The notes under the pieces: generated by a model | What the model was told of the DNA's origin: nothing | Database searches by the model: none | What the model saw: the letters and a program-made list of their open reading frames with translations, nothing else | In this document: positions 10,535 to 19,875 of the stretch, in pieces | Layout of the letters: every line of letters begins with the position of its first letter | How positions within the stretch are numbered: position 1 is the stretch's first letter | Assembly: GCA_963662315.1 (NCBI GenBank) | Contig: OY759353.1 | Coordinates: forward strand, 32,001 to 96,000 | Reading direction: 5' to 3' | DNA length: 64,000 bases | DNA from: Geopsychrobacteraceae bacterium | GTDB lineage: Bacteria > Desulfobacterota > Desulfuromonadia > Desulfuromonadales > Geopsychrobacteraceae | Program-made: the position numbers and the translations under genes

Positions 10535-11071
10535 CTATTGTCTAGAAGAATGCTGCAAGCGTTTGCCGCGCTGTTGGTCGTAGGCTTTACTGAAGCCAGC
10601 GACAACGAGTTGTTGATGGCGCAGATAGTCATTGGTCAGGAAAGCGCAAAGACGCTTCTTGAAGGTACGCCAGATAAATATTGGGCGGCCAAACAGTTTG
10701 GAGCAATGGGAACGGGTTGTCAGTGGACTGAGCTGTTCGAGGGTCTCGGCAGCTATACCATCAAGAGCTGCACACAGAGCCAGATTGTGCTCAATAATGT
10801 CACTGAGCAAGGCACTGAGGTGGGTTGCACCATGCTGATCATCACGCAGCCAGTTTTTAATGACTTGTCTGGTGTCGTTATTGCGAAGGACCTCCGCAGA
10901 GTGGCGAAAGACACGGTTAAAAGGCAAGCCAAACTCGTTGGCAAAGCTTTTTTGTCCGTCAACGAGTTTAATTAAACCGTTGACAATAACGCGTGACGAA
11001 GCCCTGCGTTTACCAGATATGGACTCTGTGGGTATTGTTTTGCAAACAGAATTGGATAATGAAGCGACCAT
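10535..11071 (-). CDS. Protein resembling the C-terminal domain of T6SS FHA protein TagH, with no FHA domain
   Basis: DIIEHNLALCAALDG...LEQLSP...W..F...GFSKAYDQQ pattern recalls the TagH C-terminus. First gene of the operon; ATG 11071 follows a G-rich RBS. Confidence 0.6.
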   Translation of the reverse strand: MVASLSNSVCKTIPTESISGKRRASSRVIVNGLIKLVDGQKSFANEFGLPFNRVFRHSAEVLRNNDTRQVIKNWLRDDQHGATHLSALLSDIIEHNLALCAALDGIAAETLEQLSPLTTRSHCSKLFGRPIFIWRTFKKRLCAFLTNDYLRHQQLVVAGFSKAYDQQRGKRLQHSSRQ

Positions 11072-11104
11072 GGTATCCCCCCCGAATACCAAAAACGACA
11101 ACAA

Positions 11105-11500
11105 ATGAGGCGACCATATACAGGTACGCCAGCTATGTAGTAATTTTCAATGGTGTAGTGTTGTTACTTTAATAAATATAAGTTATTGACTTTGCAGAAA
11201 GTATCTTGAAGATTAAGTAGCAGGAAACTTCCTTATTGCAGTTGGCCTATATGTATTGAATATTTTGTCGGCCAGTGTCAAGTTAAAAAAATGAAAAAAA
11301 TAATTGCTATCAGTGGTAAAACTGATGCATAAAATATGGTATCTGCAGAGTCGTAGACAACAGAAAAATAAATAAAAATATTTTATAAGGGAAAATTCAT
11401 AATGAGCCTTCCTTTATTGTTTTAGTCTAATTATTTTCTGCATTATTTTCACTTTTCAACGTTTGATTTATTTACCAGTTTTTCACAAGGAGGGGGACCC
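11105..11500. promoter_or_regulatory. AT-rich divergent intergenic control region between the T6SS structural operon and vgrG
   Basis: Non-coding, visibly AT-rich, flanked by divergent genes. RBS AAGGAGG lies just before the vgrG TTG. No specific promoter was pinned down. Confidence 0.6.
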
Positions 11501-13864
11501 TTGTCAATATCTGCTGCTCAGTCACGCCTGACCGTCCGGGTCGGTGGTGCTGATTATGCCGTCGTATCTGTGACCGGGCAGGAAGCCTTTAACCGCCCGT
11601 TTTCTTTTGCCCTTGAACTCGTCGTGCCCGGTTATCAGTCGCTCACCAACCAGTTGGGCAGCGGCGTTCGCCTGTCGATGTTGGCGACCAGCGGTCAGCA
11701 GCGCACCGTCTTCGGTCTGGTCACTCAGGTTGCTCATGTTATGGGCCTGCCCGATCAGCGGCAGCTGTGGCGTCTTGAAGTCAGTTCACATCTGTACCGT
11801 TTGCAGCAGGTGAGCGATACCCGTCTGCTGCTCGATCACAGCCTGCCTGAGATTATTCAACGGCTGTGCAACCGCCATGGGCTTGATGACAATGCCCTGT
11901 TCTGTGACTGGGGACAGAGTTACCCGGCCCGGCCGACCACCCTGCAGGCTGGCGAAAGCGACTTTGATTTTCTCGCCCGCTTATGCAGTCGGCACGGCAT
12001 CCTGTTCTGGTCAGCGGCCAGTGACGAACAGGAAGTGCTCCATTTTGCCGACACGGCCAGCCATTGCCGACCGCTGGCGCGTCCGGCGCTTGAGTATCGG
12101 GCCAATGCCGGGCTGGACCATGATGCCACTGACAACGATGTGCTGACCATGGAACTGGGGGCGCAGCTGGTCAGTGACTGCTATCTGGTCCACGACGTCG
12201 CTGAATCAGCACCGGGACAGGCCCTGCTCAGCGAGCGCCAGCTGCCAGGCGCTGGCAAATCCGCTTATGGGACCACCTTGGTCCGCACTGGGCGCGGTGT
12301 GACCAGTACCGATGAAGCCAGTGCGGCGACCGAGTTGTTGGCCCATATCGGGGCAGCGCAACAGCAGAAACTGACCATCACCAGCCATGCCGTCGATCTG
12401 CGTGTCGGGCGCATCGTGCGCATTGACGCGGACCGTTTTGGCAGCGGCATCAGTGGCGATTACCTGATCACCGGAATGACCCATAAACTCCATCAATATG
12501 CCGGCCTCGGCCTGGGTGGCGACAGTGATTGCCCCTACAGCAACGCGGTGGTTTTGGTGCCGCGCGAAACACCTTACCGGGTGCCTGAAAGCAAACGCCC
12601 CAAAGTGCCCCTGGCGGTAACCGCACGCATAGAAAGCAAAGACCCAACAGCCCAACTGGACAGCGCCGGACGGACCCGTTACCGTCAGCATAACGACAGC
12701 CTGACAAAACCCTTCGCCCAGAACAGCATCTTCACGCGGCGCCTGCAACCCTATGGCGGCACCGGAAACGGCCATCAGCCCGGCTTCCACACCCCGCTGC
12801 AGGATGGTGCTGAAATTCTGGTCAGTTGCCTGAACGGCGATCCCGACCGCCCGGTTATTATCGGCAGCCTGCCCAACCCGGAAACCCCGTCCCCGGTCAG
12901 CGCCAGCAATGCCGCCCAGAATCGTCTGCGCAGCGCCAATGATCAGGAACTCTTGCTCGATGATACCATCGACGCACCCATCATCACCTTGCGCACCTTC
13001 GCCGGTCACAATATGCTGCACCTCAACGCCAGCAAGGCCGAACACCTGATCCGCCTGGCTACAGAGCAGGGCCTGGCTGCGTTCTACGCCAAACAGACCC
13101 TGAACACCACCAGTGGTGATACCCTGACCGAAACCGTCGGCAATAACCGCATCCAGGTGGTGGAAGACCGTCACCAGACCATCACCAACAGTGCCGAAAT
13201 CCACCACCAGTCGGCTACCGACGTGCTGCTGCGCGGTGCCAACAATATCCAGCTTGAGGCGGGTGAAAATACCGAGTTTGAAGCCGGTAACGATATGCGT
13301 ATCGATATCCGCGAAGCCATGAACATCAAGGTAGATGGCAGCTCCGCGGCTATCAATATCAACAGCGGCAGCATGATCCTCGATACCAGCGGCGCCATCA
13401 AAATACAAGGTGACGGTGGAGGTGATATCTGCATCGGCCAGGCCGGTGGAGGCATCAAAATGGACCCATCCGGCAACATCACCCTGTTCGGCACCAACGT
13501 CAACTTTGCCGGAACCGTCAGCATGAGCGGCACGATCAACATGGACGTCACCAGCCCGCCGAGTGTCAGCTTGGCCAGTGGTGTGGCGGCGACGGCGGCC
13601 ATTGGGATAACGGAATTAATAGACCAGGCGACCACAAGGCAAGTTGATGAACCTTTCGATCTGACCATAAATATTACTGACAACTACATGAATCAACTAC
13701 CCGGCCACTTTGAAGAACTCAAAGGTCTTCGCTGGGAATTCACCAGTGACTGTGGTGATGAGCGTAGTGGCGTGATTGATAGTCACACCGTTGTGGTCAA
13801 AGGCGTCAGAATCCGCGAATATTATGAATTCGGCATTGAGAACATGCCGATTCATCTTGATTAG
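11501..13864 (+). CDS. vgrG: T6SS spike protein VgrG/TssI with a C-terminal extension
   Basis: GQEAFNRPFSF, QAGESDFDFLARL...GI and P...GAEILVSCLNGDPDRPVIIGSLPN motifs, followed by beta-rich repeats and a ~75-aa extra C-terminal domain. Confidence 0.92.
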   Translation: MSISAAQSRLTVRVGGADYAVVSVTGQEAFNRPFSFALELVVPGYQSLTNQLGSGVRLSMLATSGQQRTVFGLVTQVAHVMGLPDQRQLWRLEVSSHLYRLQQVSDTRLLLDHSLPEIIQRLCNRHGLDDNALFCDWGQSYPARPTTLQAGESDFDFLARLCSRHGILFWSAASDEQEVLHFADTASHCRPLARPALEYRANAGLDHDATDNDVLTMELGAQLVSDCYLVHDVAESAPGQALLSERQLPGAGKSAYGTTLVRTGRGVTSTDEASAATELLAHIGAAQQQKLTITSHAVDLRVGRIVRIDADRFGSGISGDYLITGMTHKLHQYAGLGLGGDSDCPYSNAVVLVPRETPYRVPESKRPKVPLAVTARIESKDPTAQLDSAGRTRYRQHNDSLTKPFAQNSIFTRRLQPYGGTGNGHQPGFHTPLQDGAEILVSCLNGDPDRPVIIGSLPNPETPSPVSASNAAQNRLRSANDQELLLDDTIDAPIITLRTFAGHNMLHLNASKAEHLIRLATEQGLAAFYAKQTLNTTSGDTLTETVGNNRIQVVEDRHQTITNSAEIHHQSATDVLLRGANNIQLEAGENTEFEAGNDMRIDIREAMNIKVDGSSAAININSGSMILDTSGAIKIQGDGGGDICIGQAGGGIKMDPSGNITLFGTNVNFAGTVSMSGTINMDVTSPPSVSLASGVAATAAIGITELIDQATTRQVDEPFDLTINITDNYMNQLPGHFEELKGLRWEFTSDCGDERSGVIDSHTVVVKGVRIREYYEFGIENMPIHLD

Positions 13865-13878
13865 AATAGAGCCGTATC

Positions 13879-16710
13879 ATGGAACCGAATCAATCTGAGA
13901 ATCCAGCTATTCAGAAAATCAAACAAAAATTTACTGCCGGGAAAATCACTGTAGGCTGCCAGCTAAAAATGATACCGGCAGTGATCCTGCATCCATCCTT
14001 GGGGGCACCGCTGGTCGTCGAGCCAGGCAAACCGGTCAGCCTGTTTATCGTGACCGATCAAACCTTCAAAAAGGAATTCATGAATGGCAATGGCCAGGAT
14101 GATCACAAACTGGCCAAAGGGGGCAGCAATATTGCCGACCTGATTATGCAGCATCTGAAAATTTTGCTCTGGGATCAGGCCAATACGCTAAAAAAGAACC
14201 TGGAACAAGCCGACGAGGTCTCGCTGAAGAAGATAGTCACTAAGGAACACATCAGCGTTACTTATCTGGGCGAATTGGACGAGCGTCTGGAAAATGCCGA
14301 AGGTCAGCATTTTGCCAATCTGCGCGATAGCCTAAAAAACGATTTCGTCGGTTACAATGAAGGTGGTGAGCGTCACGGCTTCTGGCACAGGTTTTTCTTC
14401 AACGATGGCATCAGGCATCTTTTTCAGATCGACCTTGATCAGGCCACGTTAACCGCAGGAAAGATGTACGATTGTTTCTGGCTGCTGACTAATCTGGAGC
14501 CAAAGGAAGGGGATTCCCAGGAAAAGTATCTCGATATTCAGGATCGTTTGACCCGTGACTATTTCCAATCCCGCTACTATGAGTACTGTGAAGAAAAAGC
14601 GCCACTACATGCGTTCAAGGTGACGGAGGAGGGCGTTGATTTTACCGCGTTTGATCCGGATACGCCAATCCAGACCCGGCATCCGGTATATGTGCTGCCC
14701 GCAGACAAGAGAAAACTGAACCTCGGACATCTGAGCGATATTCATGTCTCGGCAAAACAGCATCTGTACAAAGGGAAAAAAGCCACCGTCATCCCCGGTA
14801 CGGACAGCAATGTGTCTCCACTCATTGGAACATTGGTCAATAATAATATCGACAACCTGTTCAACCTGCTTGAGCAGTTTGGTCAAGGCGAAAATGAAGT
14901 CGATGCCGTCGTCATCACCGGTGATCTCTACGACCACATGCATAACTTTGATCCGGCTAAACTTGCAAACAACGCCACCACAGGACAGTTATGGGAAACC
15001 CTTTATGTTGACAGCATCAAAGAGGTCAAGGCCCAAAATGGCAGAATCCCCTGCGGTATTGACGGCCTCGCGGTTTACAGTATCATTTGTCACTTTTATA
15101 AGACCTACGGAAAACCAATTTTTATTGTTACTGGTAACCATGAGGCTTACGAATATCCTTATGGCATTTCGCCACGTGTGGGTTCTTTCCGGCCTAATGA
15201 CGGAATCCCCCTCGACCACAACCTGACCTTTTACGAAGCGATCCTCATGTATGGTCCCGCTTATAAGATTCTGGTTCCCGGCGTTGTGAACAGTGCAGCA
15301 TCGGAACTGACCAATACCTATATCGGCCAGGCCAACTTTAATGCCAAAAATTTCGACTGGTTCTACAACGTCTTTACGCCGCTAACCGACTATGCGATGC
15401 GCTTTGCTGACCAGTGTCTCATCGGCTTGGGCTGGGGGGATGGGGAAAAACTGGTCAACATCACGGTCCTGCCGGCTAGTAACGGTGGTACATTGCCGAG
15501 AGCGACGGAGAGTGTCAACGATGACCAAATTCGGATGAAAGAGTCTTTCATCAACAAGGACAGTCTGGACAGTAAGGAAGAAACCCGAATTCTGTTGAGC
15601 CACTTCACGCAGGCCAATTACGCCCTGGAATGCCCACTGGCCGAACAGGGCGAGATCAACGGCAACGATTTCTTCGAAACCTATTCATCCTACGATCATG
15701 GCTCGGTTCGCGATGGCCGGGCAACGCTGTACGGCGAATGGATCGGTGAAAATCATTTCGATTACACCCTGTCCGGCCATTCCCACCGGGTAGGTTTGTA
15801 CCGCTGCGACAGCTACGAATCGAATATAATAGGACGCAAGACCCTGAAAATTACAGCTGAATATCCTGACCAAAGAACCTCATTGACGAGTGGTAATTGG
15901 GCAGGCAAAACCAAGCTGCTGGTTTCGGCCAGTACTGGGCCGGTTCCCAAGCAGAACCATACCGGGGAAATGAGTTGCCAAGGGATGGAAACCCCGTCGG
16001 GCAGTCGAATCATCCTAAATGGCAATGAGACCATTGAGGTTATTACCAGTAAACGGGATTCAGCGAAGCCCCGCTTTTGTGTTGCCTGTGACTATATTGA
16101 CATTATGGGTGGCGGATTCTGGGAGTATTTCCGCGCTGTTGGCTCTGATGGAACCTTTGAGATGAAACCCTACTGGGAGAAAATTCATCCGGATTTAAGC
16201 GATGCTGCCAAAGAGGCACTGATTGAAAGCATCTCCCTGTATTCAGTCGGTGATTTTGGTGCAAAACCTCCAGATCAATCAAAAGCAACATTGCATGGAA
16301 AATCCCTGCGATTTAAATTTTCAAATACCCTGGCCGACAAAATGAAACCGAATAAAAGTTCATCTACTTCCATAACCTTTGTTTCCATTAAGTTTAATGG
16401 GGGAATAATCAGTTCATTGGCGGGATTCAAAAATTATGATTTTGACTCTTCCTGGAATATACAGGTAGAACTGTACAATAAAGTCTATGAAGATGGCATG
16501 AAAAAAATCGCGTTGAGAACAGGTTTAGATTATGAGTATTTGCATACAGACTCTGAAATTGAGAAGCTGATCAAGAGAAGAGACTCTAATAAGTTGGAAG
16601 ATTTTTCAATTAGGAGACATATGAAAGACGGTGAAATACCAAGCTTTGACTGGAGAGCCGAAACAAATTATTCAGAATATGGATATAAACTTAAGAAAAT
16701 GAAAAAATGA
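13879..16710 (+). CDS. Calcineurin-like metallophosphoesterase-domain protein, candidate T6SS effector
   Basis: Ordered motifs SDIH, TGDLYD, TGNHE, LLSH and SGHSH. No signal peptide. Starts 14 bp after the vgrG stop. The effector role is inferred from context. Confidence 0.8.
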   Translation: MEPNQSENPAIQKIKQKFTAGKITVGCQLKMIPAVILHPSLGAPLVVEPGKPVSLFIVTDQTFKKEFMNGNGQDDHKLAKGGSNIADLIMQHLKILLWDQANTLKKNLEQADEVSLKKIVTKEHISVTYLGELDERLENAEGQHFANLRDSLKNDFVGYNEGGERHGFWHRFFFNDGIRHLFQIDLDQATLTAGKMYDCFWLLTNLEPKEGDSQEKYLDIQDRLTRDYFQSRYYEYCEEKAPLHAFKVTEEGVDFTAFDPDTPIQTRHPVYVLPADKRKLNLGHLSDIHVSAKQHLYKGKKATVIPGTDSNVSPLIGTLVNNNIDNLFNLLEQFGQGENEVDAVVITGDLYDHMHNFDPAKLANNATTGQLWETLYVDSIKEVKAQNGRIPCGIDGLAVYSIICHFYKTYGKPIFIVTGNHEAYEYPYGISPRVGSFRPNDGIPLDHNLTFYEAILMYGPAYKILVPGVVNSAASELTNTYIGQANFNAKNFDWFYNVFTPLTDYAMRFADQCLIGLGWGDGEKLVNITVLPASNGGTLPRATESVNDDQIRMKESFINKDSLDSKEETRILLSHFTQANYALECPLAEQGEINGNDFFETYSSYDHGSVRDGRATLYGEWIGENHFDYTLSGHSHRVGLYRCDSYESNIIGRKTLKITAEYPDQRTSLTSGNWAGKTKLLVSASTGPVPKQNHTGEMSCQGMETPSGSRIILNGNETIEVITSKRDSAKPRFCVACDYIDIMGGGFWEYFRAVGSDGTFEMKPYWEKIHPDLSDAAKEALIESISLYSVGDFGAKPPDQSKATLHGKSLRFKFSNTLADKMKPNKSSSTSITFVSIKFNGGIISSLAGFKNYDFDSSWNIQVELYNKVYEDGMKKIALRTGLDYEYLHTDSEIEKLIKRRDSNKLEDFSIRRHMKDGEIPSFDWRAETNYSEYGYKLKKMKK

Positions 16711-17858
16711 ATTTATATAAACAATATTTCTTTATATCAACCATATTAATATTCATTTTAACTTTTAATGTCTCAGGATATGCGATGACAATATTCAAGA
16801 ATGACTTTGAAAAAAAATGGGAAGAGCTGTCAAATAATATTGAAAAACTCAACGAGTACGCAAAGAATACTTCCGTTGAGTTGCGTAATTTAAAGGTTGA
16901 AGACAAAATACTTGATGGTGCAATTTTTACAGACGCCACATTCGATGGGGTTGAATGGCAAAATACAAGCCTCGAAGAAACCTATTTCACAAAAACAATC
17001 TTTAAAAACTGCAAATTTATCAACACAAAAAACTGGAACAGTACTTTGACAGATGTTTTGTTTGAAAACTGCACATTTTATGGTGTGGAGTTCGGTGGTA
17101 GTGCGATGGTTAACGTACGTTTCAAGAGGTGTAAATTTGCAGATACTCGATTAAAAGAATTGACAGGAAACGAACTTGTTGTGGAGGAGAGTATGCTTGA
17201 AGAAAAAACTTCGTTAGCCTGGTCAAGCATTCCAATGTTGTTTCGGAAATGTACACTTGATGGCGTTGGTTTGTCTGGAATGAAGCAACCTAATAGCATG
17301 ACTATTGAAGATAGTGTTTTAGATGAAGTTGATTTCAGCAGAGGCCTTTTTTCTTCTATAACCTTCCGTCGCGTCAAGCAGGGTGAAGGACCCATCAGGT
17401 TTAATTCGATAACTGCTGATACGCTTGAATTTGATGATGTTGATCTGACCAGAGGGGTCGGAATCGCCTACAGCAAAGTCAAATTGGTGAAGATCGTTAA
17501 CGGTCGTTTTGGAGCAGCATTTGAAGGGTCGACCATCGCAAAGGTTGTTGCCCGGGACGTGTACCTGGTCAATATCGACTTCAGTGAAGCCGTTATGCCT
17601 TCTGTCAGTATGAACCACTGTGAACTGCTCGATCTGGCACTGTGGGATTCAACGATTATCGAATTTTCCATTATGGATTCGTCGATCAACATCGCCAACG
17701 GCAAAAACTTCAAAGGCGACACAGTTGTCTGGGACAGCGTCACCCTGGATGGCAAAATCGATTTTTCCAACGCCAAAATTGAAGACTTCCGTCCTACCCG
17801 GTTGAAACGTGGACCAAAACTGAATTTGATCACGACTGGGTCGAACCTGAAGTTCTGA
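16707..17858 (+). CDS. Exported pentapeptide-repeat protein, candidate immunity protein (paralog A)
   Basis: Signal-peptide-like N-terminus (..VSGYA) and 5-residue repeats (AIFTD ATFDG; TIFKN CKFIN; VLFEN CTFYG). ATGA overlap with the effector stop. Confidence 0.8.
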   Translation: MNLYKQYFFISTILIFILTFNVSGYAMTIFKNDFEKKWEELSNNIEKLNEYAKNTSVELRNLKVEDKILDGAIFTDATFDGVEWQNTSLEETYFTKTIFKNCKFINTKNWNSTLTDVLFENCTFYGVEFGGSAMVNVRFKRCKFADTRLKELTGNELVVEESMLEEKTSLAWSSIPMLFRKCTLDGVGLSGMKQPNSMTIEDSVLDEVDFSRGLFSSITFRRVKQGEGPIRFNSITADTLEFDDVDLTRGVGIAYSKVKLVKIVNGRFGAAFEGSTIAKVVARDVYLVNIDFSEAVMPSVSMNHCELLDLALWDSTIIEFSIMDSSINIANGKNFKGDTVVWDSVTLDGKIDFSNAKIEDFRPTRLKRGPKLNLITTGSNLKF

Positions 17859-18168
17859 TGAGAGCTCGATGCATTTGCATAGTTTTCGTTGTTTTGCTAA
17901 TGCCCGTGGAGTGTTTTGCAATGTCTTCGGATGTCGGTGATTTTCAGACTGGCTGGTCTGAATTAATAAAAGATGTAGATAAAATCAATGAATACACTGC
18001 AATGCATCCAAATGTAAAATTGGAAAGTATTAAAATAGAAAATTTAGATATTGATGGTGTTATTTTTAATGGGGCATTTTTTGAAGGGGTAATATTTAAT
18101 AATGTTTCTTCAAATAAATCAGACTATAGAGATGTAGAATTTAGAAATTGTAAATTTATTAATTTCAA

Positions 18169-19866
18169 CCTGAATCCGTGAGGTAGCCAGTCGGCACTTT
18201 CACGCTTTGCCTGCGAACCCATTTTCGCAGTCAATTTTGATTCAAAGCTGACCTGATCTACTCCGATGAGCACAGGTAGCTACGTTCTTTGACAATTCAG
18301 CTGATTATTTTTTCGTTCGTCTTGCTCCTTTGTAAATTGAGGACGTGCGTGACTGTGCACGTCCTTGGCCGCGGTATTTTTCAGCACTGTACTGATGCGT
18401 TTCGACATTAGTCATAGGCAAAATGCTCATAGGTCTTGATGAAAGCCTGTGCCTGCCTGATCGCATGGCAACTGAATCGCAGCATCAAGCCATGGGCGTG
18501 ACGAAGAAATCGGGCAGCGAAGTACATCAAATCCTGCAGTACGGTTTTGAGGCGCCGACGCTGTTTGGCTCGACGGGCCTGTTTTTTGTCCATCAGACCG
18601 ACCTGGCCGATGGCCCGCAACAGATTGTACGCCAGCCCGGCACAGCTCATCACCAGAGCGTTGGTCGCAAGCTTGCCCGATGGCAGCCGCTCCAGATCCA
18701 GGTCGGTCTTGAGTTCGGAATGATACTGCTCGCACAGGGCATGCCCCTTGTAGAGTTCGATGATCGTCTCCTTGTTGCTGGAGAGACTGGTCCACCAGCC
18801 TTCAATCTCGATATCGGGAACCAGAAGTGGACCGTTTCGATCAAACCAGCGCTCAGAGGCACGCAGAACACGACGTACCTTGATGGTTTTGTCTTTGCCC
18901 TCGCCATCGTTGTAGGTTCGTTCAACCGTTTCCGTCATGATGGCGATCCGTTCGTCCTTGGTGTCTTTCACCAGCTTGCCGTGGGCAAAGATTTCCGTGG
19001 CTTTGATCGGAACATCGGTGTTGCGCGGATTCCATTTGATGATGAAGTCGGCCTTCTGCTCTTTCAGGGCGATCAATGTCGCCAGGGCATCATGGGCGCT
19101 GTCCAGTCGCACCAGCAGTGGGGCGTCGGTTAGCTGATGGGCTTTGTGCAAGGCCCGTAACAGCAGAGGGATAAATCCTTCCTGAGCATGCTGGGAACCG
19201 GGACGCTGTTCGATCTCCAAACACCAGCCTTCCAGTCCCAGCCAGACACCAAGAGGGGCGTAACCGTTAAAGCCTCGATACGTGTAGGAGACACCCTCTT
19301 TCTTGGTGTCCGAGTTGTCGAGAGTGAAAACATCCAGATCAAGAGGCATATGCCCAGTGGACAATGGCGAGAGTTGTGCCTTGGCTTTCTTGAGAAACTC
19401 CACCGAACAGAAGTCGACGATGATCCGCAAGACCTCGGCGAACTGATCGAGACGCTGCCGCAATGTTTCCTGTGAGGGCGTTTTGGTTAGCCCCAACGAG
19501 GTCCGAAAAAACTCATCGTCCTCAAAAAAAGGATGGATAGCGGCAAAATCGCTTTTACCCTGACAGAGCAGACCCAGATAGCTGCGCAGGACATCGGACG
19601 TGGCGATTCCCCGTTTGGGAGCCGCTTTATCGACCCGCGAAGCCAGCGAGGTATAGCGATTCAATGCCACACCGACCAGAGCCAGGCCAGACTGAGAGGT
19701 GTAAAATTCCTGCTTTGACTGCTCAAGCTTGAACCGGGGAAATGTCACAACCAAAACTCCTTGGGTGAAATTCGATGCGATTCAAGAATAGCAGAAAAGC
19801 ACTGTAAAATCAGCTGATTGTCAAAGATCGAAAACAGTTTTAAGTTTGTTACCTCACGGATTCAGG
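18169..19866 (-). mobile_element. IS1380-family insertion sequence, copy 1 (1698 bp)
   Basis: Perfect 17-bp terminal inverted repeats CCTGAATCCGTGAGGTA/TACCTCACGGATTCAGG and a 4-bp target duplication TCAA (18165-18168 and 19867-19870). Confidence 0.93.
18408..19754 (-). CDS. IS1380-family DDE transposase (copy 1)
   Basis: TSQSGL, LDLD, GYAPL, RLDSA and EQYHSELKTDLDLERLPSG...N motifs; 448 aa. Confidence 0.92.
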   Translation of the reverse strand: MVVTFPRFKLEQSKQEFYTSQSGLALVGVALNRYTSLASRVDKAAPKRGIATSDVLRSYLGLLCQGKSDFAAIHPFFEDDEFFRTSLGLTKTPSQETLRQRLDQFAEVLRIIVDFCSVEFLKKAKAQLSPLSTGHMPLDLDVFTLDNSDTKKEGVSYTYRGFNGYAPLGVWLGLEGWCLEIEQRPGSQHAQEGFIPLLLRALHKAHQLTDAPLLVRLDSAHDALATLIALKEQKADFIIKWNPRNTDVPIKATEIFAHGKLVKDTKDERIAIMTETVERTYNDGEGKDKTIKVRRVLRASERWFDRNGPLLVPDIEIEGWWTSLSSNKETIIELYKGHALCEQYHSELKTDLDLERLPSGKLATNALVMSCAGLAYNLLRAIGQVGLMDKKQARRAKQRRRLKTVLQDLMYFAARFLRHAHGLMLRFSCHAIRQAQAFIKTYEHFAYD

Positions 19867-19875
19867 TCAATGAAA

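Noticed and set aside
11105..11500. Sigma-54 promoter for the T6SS genes
   Set aside because: No convincing GG-N10-GC consensus was found on either strand.
12206..13408. 400-aa minus-strand ORF
   Set aside because: Antisense shadow of GC-rich vgrG.
18423..19133. 236-aa plus-strand ORF inside IS1380 copy 1
   Set aside because: Antisense to the transposase and not kept open in copy 2.
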